A stretch of DNA of 64,000 nucleotides, taken from the NCBI GenBank assembly GCA_905178155.1, contig CAJINV010000003.1, positions 5,091,700 to 5,155,699 of the forward strand, written 5' to 3'. Origin of the DNA: Amoebophrya sp. A120. Lineage: Eukaryota; Protista; Dinoflagellata. Below, in pieces: positions 24,144-36,500 of the stretch (the stretch's first letter is position 1; the number at the start of each line of letters is the position of its first letter). The notes beneath the pieces are model-generated. The model saw only the letters and a program-made list of their open reading frames with translations, was not told the DNA's origin and searched no databases. The position numbers and the translations under genes were made by a program.

Positions 24144-27100
24144 ATGGCAGACCTATTGCTCGCCTCTGGCGAAGCGCACTCGCCAGGTTGCAGCTCAGCC
24201 GGCCTGGACCTGCTGGCAACTCTGGAGGCCATTGAACAGGTGCAGGGCGGCGCCGTGGAAACATCAATAGAGACGCAGAAACTTTACAAACGGCTGGCGG
24301 GAATCTTTGGGTCGCTCGACGTTCCTGAGCTGGCGTCCTACTATTCGGCATTGGCACTTACCACCGCACCGGCATCCGCCGAGGAAGTGGAGGGGCGCAA
24401 ATCAGCCCTCCGACGCTATCGCGGACAGTTGTACTCCTGGGGCGAGAACGAAAATGAATGCCTCGGACAAAACTGTACATGGTGCTTTCTATGTCGAAGT
24501 AGAAGATTTATTGGTCGTCTTCTAGTAGCAGCTCTGATTTATCCAGACCGACTTTTTTCTTCATAAAAGAATATGTTTTTCTGCAATGAAAAATCTATCA
24601 GGCGAAGCGAGTGGGGGCTCGTCCCCTAGCGTAAGCCCCAGTCGCACTCGTGCTGGCGGTACGGTGACGCGGCCGAAGGTGATAGAGTGGGTGCGCGATT
24701 TCGGCTTTCAGGATCTCGCATGCGGTTTATCGCATTGTGTTGCCGTCACAAACAATGGCGACGTCGTGGGCTGGGGCGGCAACAGCAGTCGGCAGCTGGG
24801 CGGGTTTCACGAGAAAGTTGTGCCCGTACCTCGGGCGATTCTGCTTGGCCAGAAAGTAGTAGCGGTCGCGTGCGGAGCCGGACACACCCTGTGTGTGACG
24901 GCGGGCGGACGCGCGTTTGGCTGCGGGCTGGCGCGGAATGGGCAGCTCGGCGTTTTCCTCGGCGACGAACCCTCCACCAGCACGACGGTGGACTTCCGAG
25001 AGCTCCCACACCCGAAAGCGCAGGACCGCGCGTGGTGGGGCGTGGCCTGCGGGTTTGCGCACTCTTTTTGTCTGGACTCCGAAAGAGACCTGTACGGCTG
25101 CGGGTGGAACGTGCACGGGCAAGTCGGCAGCCGAATCGGGGAACGCCAGACTCGCGCCGGCCCAATCATTGCTGCGCTGCAAAAAGTCGCCGAAGCCGTG
25201 ACGCACGTGGCCTGCGGCGGGGCGCACACGCTGGTAGTGTCCTCGTCCAGCCAAACGTCTACTTCCAACGAAGCGACCACGGCACAGCAAACAGTTCTGG
25301 CTTTCGGCTGCAACAGTTGCGGGCAGCTGGGGCTGTGGGACGAAGTGAGCGCCGTACGGATCATGCTGCGGGAGGTGAATCCGGTTCCCCAGCCGGTGCA
25401 GCTTCCACTCGCGCCGCCGGGAAATAACGCGGGGAGTCGTGTGCCGCGGCTGTCGTTGGTAAATTGCGGGGAGGAGTACAGTTTTGCCATCACAGAGTAC
25501 CGCGAAGTGTACGGCTGGGGGTTGAACAACGTGGGTCAGCTGTGCCTTCCCGCGCAGGCGCGACGGTCCAACGTCGTGATCGTGGTGGAGCGCACGGGGC
25601 CGTTAGGGCACCGGGAAATGCAGCCGGCCGCGGAAGCCGATGGCATCACGCGTCCGGTTCTGATTCCTGCCCTCACGGAAAAGCGCGTGGAATGGATCTG
25701 CTCGACGCAGGGGAAGTCGGTGGCTCTTACCGGCGACGGGACCGTGATCGAATGGGGTATGGATCCGCAACAGGTGCAAGCGGTTAAGTTTATGAACTTT
25801 CAGTCAGAACCTCGTTGTTTCTGCTGAGAGTAGTGAAGATGGCACGACCAAAATTTGATGTCCTGGGTTTGTTCACGGTTTCGAGTTCAAGAGTGTTGTG
25901 GCGCTTATGCCTATGAATGCATGACCAGGATCGAGAAAATGAATGAAATATTTCAACAGCAACGGCGCGTATCCCTGAACAAAGTGTTGAATGCGCGGGC
26001 CCAGCAGAGCTTTCCAAACGCTGGAAACTACGAACGCTTTGGTTGCCTCCACGATCCCAGCCCGGGCTGTGAGCGGGCAGACGCAAATGCGCTGACGAAG
26101 AATGCGCGGCTCGGAGAGGCGGAAATCCGGGACAGTTTTGGCGTGAATGCAGCTGACCTTGCGTACCGCCTCACCTCGTCGGTCGCTGAGCAGGAGGAGG
26201 TTTTCGGGCAGCTGCGGCCGGTGGTGGGTTGTTCCGCGCAATCCGTCGCACGAATCGTGTCCGGACGGAAGTATTTCTGCAGTCTCTTGCGCATGCCTTC
26301 AAGTGCGCATCTGCGATTGGAGGTTCGGGTAAACGACAACTTGCAGAGCGTCGCGGATGCTTCCTTGATGGACTACTACAGCACTCTCAGTGACGACGAA
26401 GCGGAAAGTGGAACGACGGCAGGGGTCGCTGCAAGCATCACATTCAAGCCCGGACGACGTGTGAAGGTGCGACTCGCACTAGATGAACACGCGCTTGAGG
26501 ATTGCGATTCGCCGCCGTCTCCGGTACTGTCTCCCTCGGCTAGGCAGCGAGGGGTGGCGGGAAGCGTCGAGCCCTCGTCGTCGTCATCCGCTTATTCGAC
26601 GCGAAAAAAATCCGTAAAGGAAGTGCTTGCGGGACAGCCGCTGCAGGTCTTCGTGATACAAAATGACAACAACTACGTTCCCCTGGCACGGTCCGCTTAC
26701 GACTTGTGGGAAGAGGAAATCATTGTGCGTCCTCCCGACGCTGGAATATACGACTTGCACTGTTGGTTGGCCGGTCAACCCATCAGTAACTCCCCGTTAT
26801 CGCTGCAGGTCGGAGTGGGCGACGTGAACTTCGACCGCTGCTCTTGCAGCCTGCGCGACTATCGCCGGGTGGCTGTGCACATGTGGACCCGTTTCCGTGT
26901 CACTTGCCGGGATGACTGCGGCAACCTGTGCTTCCTGCCGTCCTTTATACCCTCTTCGGCTGGAAATAACGCAACACAAGCCAACGGGCCGGGCTTTAAG
27001 ATTGTCTCGGTTGAGGGAGGAGGAAATAAAACACGCGAACTTGCATGGTGGACATCAGCGCCAGCCCCCAGCACTGGTGGAACAGCCATTGGTTCATCTC

Positions 27101-28713
27101 CCACGAAAAATCTTGCTCTTTCGCAGCACGACGACGTGCCAGGATACTTCGAAGTTACTTCCGCCGCGTACGGAACCTACCAGATCTCTGTCATGTTCAG
27201 CACGCAGGCGCGCCGCAAGGTGCAGGTCCTGCTCTCCGCTAGCTGTGATGCTGCGTTCAAAGTGTTGACGGAGGCCTGCGTAGACGTGACGGCAGGTGCC
27301 CCCTTCGCACCTGCGTGCGAACTCACGGTCGCGCACCCTCGTTCCGTAATCACGGGAGTTCCCTTTGACATGACGCTCGTGTTGCGGGACCGGGCAACCG
27401 AATACACCGACGTTTGGGCTCGCGGCAACGCTTCGCAGAACGAGGTGGCTCAACTGGATCATGAAGACGATGCTTGTGCTCTGCTTTCTCTGTACCTCTG
27501 GGGACCTGTCTTCAAGAACTTTGACATGATGGGTGCGAAAACTGATAAAAATTCTGTGCCGAACATGTTGACATCATCTGGCAAAAAATCCGAAGCAAGC
27601 AGTGCCTTCTCTACGGCAGGGCCGTCGTTTAAGTTGCCGCTCGATGAGGACGAAATAGCAATGGCGACCCTTCATCCTGACGCGGCCGCAAGAACCTCTG
27701 CTGCGGCGATCGATGTGGTAGTGGTCGCTTGGCCACAACCACTCGACAGGGGTAGCGGTAGTGGCGCCGGCGCATCATCTTCCAGCATGCAGTTTTACAA
27801 AAGTCCAGCAAAGGAGCACAGTACCCTGCATCTACAGGGCGAGGCCACGCAGGTGGGATGGTACGACGTCTGCCTTCGACCGCCTCCGGGCTTTGTAAGC
27901 GGATGTACTTCTTCTGATGCAACATATAGCTCCACCGCCAATTCATCGGCGGAAGCGACTGTTGGCAGGGTGTTCGTCGATCACGGGCCGCCGCATCCGT
28001 ACCGCTGCACCCTGTCCGGGTTTGAAACGTGCTTGTTCGAGAAGGATCTGCGGAAAAGCTTCGCACTTTCCGTTATCGACGCGCACGGCAATGCGTGCCG
28101 GCTCGGTGCGTCCAAGGCAGAGGTAGTGGTGGAAAGCTACCCGGCTATGGAAACCATTGCTCGCGGTACTGACGACGACGGCTTGCGCTTTCAAGTACAT
28201 CACTCCCGAGAAAATGATGTTGGGCAGGCGCCTGCAAACTATATCGGAGAAGCGGAAACAAGTGCGGCTGTGGTGAGTCATGCGAGTTACTCACTGGACG
28301 ATGTCCTGATTCCTAAAGCAGGAGAGTACCATATCCTGTGCCTCGTAGACGGGCAGCGCATCCTTGGCACGCCTTTTGTAATGGACGTTTTGGAGAATCC
28401 CGCGTTATTGCAACAAGGAGTGGAAAAAGCGGCGGCGCGCAGTCACGAACTCGAGGAGGAACGGATCGCAAAAGTAAACGAGGAAATTCAAACTCCCACG
28501 ATGGCAAAGCCTGCCGCACCGCTGTTTCCGGGTGGCAGCAAGGAGGCGCAGGGACCGCAGGACGCTGCAACGAAGGCTGCTCTGGTCCGCCAGCGCGCTT
28601 TGGAACGGCTGCGCAAGACGCAGAGCGAACTCCGCGCAAAAATCAAGAGGGAAAAGACGAAAAAAGAAAAGCGAGTCGGCGGCGGATTCCTCGTTAAATT
28701 TGAAAATCGCTGA
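24144..28713 (+). CDS. RCC1-repeat protein with C-terminal filamin/Ig-like segments and coiled coil
   Basis: RCC1 signatures LYSWGEN, ACGLSHCVAV, GWGGN..RQLG, VACGAGHTL, ACGFAHSF and ACGGAHTL. Filamin-like segments AGIYDLHCWLAGQPISNSPL and AGEYHILCLVDGQRILGTPF. Inferred introns 24475-24601 and 25783-25959. Confidence 0.8.
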
Positions 28714-29652
28714 ACTAATATCTTGCGCGAAGAACTTCCAAGTGGCGAAAAACCATAACCATGATCATTCGCATTTGAGCGAGCACTCACGCGCGAGTGC
28801 TGCGTGTGATTTCTCTACTATCGTGCTAAGAGGAGGACTTAGGCGTCATATGAGAAAACCTTCTTCGCTCCGACGATAGAACGTAGATTCGGTCGTAGAA
28901 TTTTTTTTTGTTTTCGGTATTGCTATGAAAATCGTAGAAGTCTTCGGTTTTTTTTTGCTCTTCCTGTAAAGCGACAGACGCGAAATGACACATCAATCTG
29001 TTTGCCTTGGAGCGAGGGAAAACGAGAAACGATGTCGCTTTTCTGTTTTTCAACTTCCAAAAATCGGATCTGCAAGTGCGACGTTTTTCTTTCCGTTGAG
29101 CGAGGTAGGTGCATGCACTGCACCAGAGTAGAGGGAGAAAAAATCGGCTAGAATTGTGCAGAGTGCAAATGCAAGACCTTGACTTTCTTGCTTCTCGTTG
29201 TCTAGTTTAAATACTGTGAATTTTAATTCATTTGGTTTGGCACAGGTTATTCGACCCATGAAGCCCAAAGAAGGTTGATATGTTTTTTAGTTTCTCTACT
29301 CTACACGCACGTACATAAACATTCTTCTCTCTACTTTTTGCATGGTTTTCTTGAATTCAAAATGTAGACCCTGCGAGTTCCAGTGGAACTGCGCAGCAAG
29401 TTTGTGCATAGCGACATCCTCGCTCCACCTTTTCTTTGTCATGTAAAAATTAGCTGAAGTCGAGGACACCGGTACGGAGTCGGAGGTGGCGGCGCCCAGA
29501 ACGAGCCAGCCGAAACCACGACCGCAGGGCGGGCCAAGATGCCGTTTGCGGTCGGGCATGAAGCACATTTGCTCCCCTGGAGGAGAAAAAGCACCAGGGT
29601 CGCCCACGGTGCTGGCGCACAATCTTCAACATGGACAGGGCGTTTAAAAATC

Positions 29653-32600
29653 ATGATGAAAATCGGTCGCATGGTGCTCGTATTTTTGATACATCTCCTG
29701 TTGCTGACGGGTTCTTTGTCTTTCGCGAATGCGCAGGACAGCGCGCCGGCCGCCGCCGTTGATGTCTCTTCTTCGTCGCAATACAGAGATCCAAGCCGAA
29801 TCGCCATCTGCAAGGAGGGCATGGAGGTGATGTGCGAATACCGAGATACCTCGCGCATGTCTCTCGTGGAAATCAAACGCAGCGCCGACGCCTCTGGGAT
29901 GATTGAGGTACGCTTGTTGAGAGAAGTAAATCGTCATCTCAGTTTATCTTTTATTCTTGTTTGATGTTTCTAGCTGTAATAAGAAAAGGCAACGGAAAGA
30001 GCGAGTTATTTTCATCTCTTCAACGTCCATCAATACAGGTCGAGTGGGTGTTTGACCGGCAGTTGTGCGATATTCCTGCGCAGGCGATGTGGTGCCGGGT
30101 GCGTCTTCTGGACTGCGACAAACCGATGGACGACTACAAGTACTTCCAGTGCACAGACTGGCTCCCAGACGGCGTTGCGGATGTCGCGACCGATCCGCCA
30201 GTGGATGACGCGAGCTACAGTTCGCCGAAATGGAACATGGCGGGCCAGGACAACGACTGGAAAAACAAGGATCTGCTGATTATTTTCGTCTGTCTGATAG
30301 TCGTCACGATCTCCGTGTTTGCGTTCTACCGGTTTTACCATCGCTACAAGCACTTTGGAAACTTCAAGGAACACCCCGAGGATCCGACGCACCCACAAGA
30401 GGCGCACTTGTTCAACGACCCCAGGACCAACGTGGACAGTCGCAATAGTACCTTCATGCGGAACTTTTTCAGTTTGAAGATGTCGCGGGAGCACGGCGTA
30501 ATCGATCCAGAGGCGCGGCAGCAGAAACTGAAGGAGCAAGAGCCGGAGAAGGAGGAGGAGGATTCCGCGGAGAACTTCCTGTTTTGCCTTTCCATTGTGT
30601 GTTGCTGTTTTATGACGCGGGAGAAACGCGCCATCTGGTGGAAGTGGGGCAAGACGCAGGAGGAGCTGAACGGCGAAACCGTGCTGGCCGAGCTGGAGCG
30701 CCAGGAGCGCGCCGAGATGCTGGGCGGCACGCGGTCGGCACTGCAGGCCTGGATCATCGAGCGGATGGAGGCGCGACGCAACGCAAGGAGAAACGGGACG
30801 GCTTCGCCAGGTGCGCCGGGGGACCGCGACGACTCCTCGCGCCGCCCTTCGATCTCCTCGTTCGGGTCGAGTATCCCCCCGGCCACGCGGAAGTGGGTGG
30901 GGAACTTGTTTAACAACAGTCAGGTCCGGTGGTTCTACAAAACCCGCGACGGGGGCCCCCGAGCGCAGCCGTACGCCTACGACTATTCGCAGAACAAGTC
31001 GCAGCTCGTCGACAAGGTTGCGCGCCAGCTTCCGCCCCGGCCGGCGGGAAACGTGCGCGTACTGAAGGGATTGTTGTCCTCGGACGCCTTTCACCGCCTG
31101 AAAAACTCCATCTCTCCCGAGAGAGACCACCCTACCCGCGGCGCCTCCCCTGGAGCAGGGGTAGATCATGACCCCTACCACTCCGTGCCCGTGTTCTCGC
31201 CCGTCGGGTCTCCCGCGGGCATGAAGGCAGGCGGCTCGCCACTGTCACCGACTACACGGGCAAAAGTCGTGGAGTCGGACCTGGTGGTGGAGGACATGAT
31301 GGCGACCCGGAAGGACCTTTTATTCTCCCCGACCGGGGCCAGCACGCCGCTCTCCTCGGGCGGCAGTCCCGAGGAGAAGCGCATGCGGGCTTTGGATCGG
31401 GCGGCCAAGGGCAAGATGTCGGGTAAGACGGTGCCGGGCAATTTGGACACGTTCGTGAGCAGCGACGTGACTTTCGACACGCGCGGGGGCTGGGTGTCGC
31501 CCGAGAACAGCGGCAGCGGCAAGTGGCGGGCCCGGAACACGTACCGGGTGGAGAAAATTCGGCACCAGCTGGAGGAGCGCGAGCTACGAAAGGAGCACAA
31601 GCGCGCGGCCTTCGAGGCGGAGGTGGAGCGCCAGCAGCACCTGGACGAGGAGCGGGAGCGCAACCGGGTCAACCTGAACCGCATGCGTCGCGAGCAGGCC
31701 AATGACGACATTGCAGATGTGTTCATGAAGCAAACCGCGGGGGGGTCGTTCAAGCGGCAGCAGGACCCGCACCACGCCGTGCTGCAGCAAGTGTACGGAC
31801 AGCCGTCGATCAGCAGTAGTCCACCGGTGTCGCCCACGACCGCCGGCGGGCGGTCCCCCTCCATTCAGGTCATACACGAGGACGAGGACCGGGAGCCCCT
31901 TACCGCGCTACAAGTTGCGAAGTTTCAGCTGGGCGTCGTGGAGTCTGCTGCGGAGCAGCCACCGAAGATGACCGTGCAGAAGGGGGATCGCATTTCGTTG
32001 CGCGCAGACGAAGACAAGAAATACGAGAAAATGCTACGGTTTGGGGAGCGGTCCCTACCGATCATCGACCGGGGAGGTCGCGCGGTCTGGGAGGTCGGCG
32101 ACCTCGCAGCCACGGTGCCCAAGAAAGCGGCCTGGGAGGACGCGGACGCACGAAAAATTGCCAGCATGGTGCTGCCGACCTACCTCGCACCGGTGAAAGA
32201 CCCGCGGCTGCTCCGTGCACCCACGGAGGATGAACTCTTCATGTACGAGAAGCACAACTACGCAGCTGCCAAGTATCAGCAGTACAAACAGGAGTCGTTC
32301 GCGCAGAAGGACCAGCCAAATTTGAAGGGGAAACGCAATTTGGCGGATGCCAAAGCCTTCCGCGAGGCTTTTGAATACCAGCACGTGTTCAAGAACATGA
32401 ACCCCTTCCACATGAAGCAGAACCGACCGGAGACCAGTCCGGTGAAGCAAGGCATGATTAAGCGCCAGCTGAAAAAGCTCACCAGCGAGGACAAGATGAA
32501 GCGCGACGGCGGGGAACAGTCGGATGTAGATTTCAGCATCAACACACGCGTAAACGACCCGCAAAGCATCCCTCGGAGGTGGCAGCGCGTGGAGGAAGAG

Positions 32601-32840
32601 GCGGCGCTGCACCACATCGGCGCAGCGAGGAATAAAGAGAAGCACCCGCGCCTAAAGCAGCTGAACGAGTTCGAGCGGGAATTCGGCAACGAAAGCGCCA
32701 ACCGCCCCAAGCGAGGTTTCGTGTGGCCCCGCCGCGCACCAGAATTACATGAATACGAACCCAGCTACGAGGACCAGTACCCGGACGACTACCAACCAAA
32801 CCTGTATGATGATCCCATACCCGACAATTACTTTAAATGA
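29653..32840 (+). CDS. Type I membrane-like protein with signal peptide, small Cys-containing ectodomain and long cytoplasmic tail
   Basis: MMKIGRMVLVFLIHLLLLTGSLSFANA leader, intron 29908-30038, TM segment LLIIFVCLIVVTISVFAFY and Cys cluster FCLSIVCCCF. Confidence 0.72.
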
Positions 32841-33536
32841 CGACGAAGGAGCGTCGTTCATGCCATGATCAAGTACAATCGGACTGTAAAAATGAACGAA
32901 GGCGAACCATGTTTCTGTTACATAGCATGTTACAAAAGCATAATTTGTAAAAGCACAAACATCTTCCATACCCAAGGTGTAAATACGGGACTGAAAATGG
33001 GCCTCCCGGACGCAAATCTTGGCACGGGAGGACCGTGCGCCGGTGTTCTTTGAAGTCTTGGGTGCTGAAAGATATTCGTGGTCGGTTTGATACTCTTCTT
33101 CGTTTCGCTCTATCTTCGTGTGTGAGTGTGAGGACGCAAATTGGCGAACATTTTGAATCTTACAGCAGAGTGCAATTGGGGCGAAGTTAGCGGGAATTCA
33201 GGGGAAAAGGCAGAGGACGGTAGGGGAAGGCGGCCTGCAGCTTTTTTTTCCAAAGGGGGTGCACTGCGAACGCGGTGCCAGAAAAAATCTCTTCGCTCTG
33301 GCACAATCGGAGTTTAGTTGCCGTATGGACGTGTATTTGCACTGCGGGAGTTTTGACTTCGACGGCTACAAAGAAATTAGAAAACAAGTAAATGGCGCGC
33401 ACAGGTACATGCTCCTGCAGCAGATAGAGTGGCAAGACCCACGGAGGGGTTAGTATCCGATCGTGGAGTGTATTTCGACCACGGAAGAGCGGGACCAGCG
33501 GTTGTGTCGCAACTGCTGCTCGGGAAACGTCGAACC

Positions 33537-36500
33537 ATGTCCGCGGTCTCCTCGGGTTTGCGCGAGGGTTACGATGTTGGGCAGTGGGGAAGTTGGCGGT
33601 CCCATTCCGTCTTGCTTCACGAAGCGGTCGCGGAGCTCAGTTGGGGCGAGAAGGCAGCGGCGCTGCTAGAGGTTTTCCGCCGCCACACCAAGACGAAGAA
33701 GGGCTATCTGTCCCGCACGGAATTTCACGATCTGCTGCGTCGGTACCCGTGCTGTGATGCCAATTACTTCGATACGTTTTTCGAGCTCTTCGACCGGAAC
33801 CAGGACGACTTTGTCAACGAGTCAGACTTTCTCGCCGGTATGCTCGCCGTTTCGCCGGGCACCCCGCACAAGGTGGGCCCGGAGTCCCCCGCGGGCCAGC
33901 TGCGCATGCAGTTCATTTTTCTGTACTACGACTACAATCGCAACGGCAAACTCGAGGTCGAGGAGCTACGACGCCTGATCGAGCACCTGTTGCGCATCCG
34001 CGGACAGTATCAACTGCAAAAGTGTCTGGGTCTGGAAGAATGCAACTTGTGATGCTGCATTTGGATGTCTAAAAAATTTGTGTTGCATGAGCAGCAAAGG
34101 GAGTGCAATTTTTGCTACGGGAAGAGGGCATTTGTCATGCGGAATAGGCATCAAGAAGGTCTCAAAAAATCTGTGATGCTAGGGCATGCACAACAGACAT
34201 CATGGCCCATGCAAAACGTGCATGACAAGTCTCAGAAATTTCCAGACCCAGACATTTTTACATTTGATAGACAGGATACGGCCTCTGCGGACCGCGACTC
34301 GCAGGCACTGCACGCACTGGGGACGGGCAACGAGGTGTTTGGGAACCAGTTCGGGTTCCACGCCTTTTTCGACGCCTCCGCACAGAAAATGCTGAATGGG
34401 ACTTCGCAGCTTCTGCGCACGCAGCGCTGCCTCGCCGAAGTGATTCGGCAAGCAGAGAGCTTCCACCAAAGCGGTCAGCACGAAGTGGTGGCAACCAAAG
34501 CGCTCTCCGCACTCCAGCGCGCGCCCGGCTCTCCGATCGGGATGCCGCGCGGCAAGCTGGGGGCGAGCGCCGTTGCTGGCTCGGTCTCCGCGCTGCAGGC
34601 TTCTTCACCCATATTGCCGCAGCCGGCAGCCCCGGAAACAGGCATTTCCGCGTCGGTGTCTGGAGGAGTACTGCGCGACGGGAAGGCGGGCGCCTCTCTT
34701 CTCGGTGCTTCCGCGGCATTAGCGGCTTCTGTGGATCACGTGGATGCTGGCAAGCAGGTTGCATCGACCTCTGATAGCCCACTTCTCGTATCATCGTCAG
34801 CTCGCGGCAAGCAAAGACCCGATGGCTCTGCTTCTGGTGGGGGGGCTTCTCAACTCATCTCGCAGGAGAGCACCCCGTCCGCCAGCTCCCGCACAGCTGC
34901 ACTGGATGTGGCACGCACGCAGCAGAAAACAACGCCAAGTACCACTACCAAGGCAGGACCAACATGTCCGATCGGCGGAGTGTCTACTAGTCCCTTGCTG
35001 CGGCGCCCCAATAGCCCCTTCAGCTTGGGAACAGCGGTGCTCATGCAGCAGCAATTGCAGGACCAGCAGCCGAGCGGCGCGCAAGGCATTGCAAAACAAA
35101 AGTTGCCTGGACAGCATCACGCTGCCACGACTTCGCCGACAAACAAACCGTTCGCATGGCAGGGCCAGCACAGCAATTACTTCGTCGAACCCGCCACGAA
35201 GTCAGCTGTTTGCCCGACCGAGTCGGCTCTTCAGCACGCGCTTGGTACAGGACAGCAGGGTGGCGGCAGCTCTAGCAGCACCTCGCCGCGCGGAGCCAGC
35301 GTGCGCGGCGTGCAATCCGTGGGCGGGGGAGGGCAAGGGCAAACAACTACTTCGGTTCTAGAAGACGACGACGGCCCCGTGTTGCGACAACCAAGTCACC
35401 AGCGACGGCAGCCGGCTTTTCACTGCTCTGTGGATACTTCACACCCACCTGGGAGCTTTGTCCACCGGAGGAGTACCGACCCCAATCAGTTCAACAAGCA
35501 CGCGGTCCGCGGAGCGCCCCCGCCCGCGTACAACTCACTTTCAGCAGATGATCCGGACAACGCGGTCTCGTGGAACACACCTGAGTACTTTTGGAAAGAA
35601 ACTGTGCTGCTTGCTATTTGATATCAGTCCATCAAAGTTGTATAAAAAGGAGAGCCTCGTCCTGCTATTGCTACAAGGCCGCAGCTTATGTCGCGTAGTG
35701 GGAGGGTGAACGAGTGGACAGGGGGGAAAGAAAAACGCCAGAGGATGGGCAAGGGAAAAGGTTTCTGAAGCAGGGCGGGGCCAAGCATCTGCGCCACTTC
35801 TTGTTGAAAGAACCAAGGCGGAGCGTCTTGGCGCCCGTGGTTCCCGTCGTTGTGCGAGCGCGAGGACCCCGCCCGCATTGGAAGCGCGCCCGAGGTTGCA
35901 GGCCTTAGGCCCGACAACGCAAAGGCAAAGCGCGGCAGCGGGCGGGCGCCAGTGAACGGGGGAAGGAAGCAGGAGAACACCCCGCGCCATGCGCGGCGCC
36001 TGCGCGTGACGCCCCGCNNNNNNNNNNNNNNNNNNNNNNNNNNNNNNNNNNNNNNNNNNNNNNNNNNNNNNNNNNNNNNNNNNNNNNNNNNNNNNNNNNN
36101 NNNNNNNNNNNNNNNNNNNNNNNNNNNNNNNNNNNNNNNNNNNNNNNNNNNNNNNNNNNNNNNNNNNNNNNNNNNNNNNNNNNNNNNNNNNNNNNNNNNN
36201 NNNNNNNNNNNNNNNNNNNNNNNNNNNNNNNNNNNNNNNNNNNNNNNNNNNNNNNNNNNNNNNNNNNNNNNNNNNNNNNNNNNNNNNNNNNNNNNNNNNN
36301 NNNNNNNNNNNNNNNNNNNNNNNNNNNNNNNNNNNNNNNNNNNNNNNNNNNNNNNNNNNNNNNNNNNNNNNNNNNNNNNNNNNNNNNNNNNNNNNNNNNN
36401 NNNNNNNNNNNNNNNNNNNNNNNNNNNNNNNNNNNNNNNNNNNNNNNNNNNNNNNNNNNNNNNNNNNNNNNNNNNNNNNNNNNNNNNNNNNNNNNNNNNN

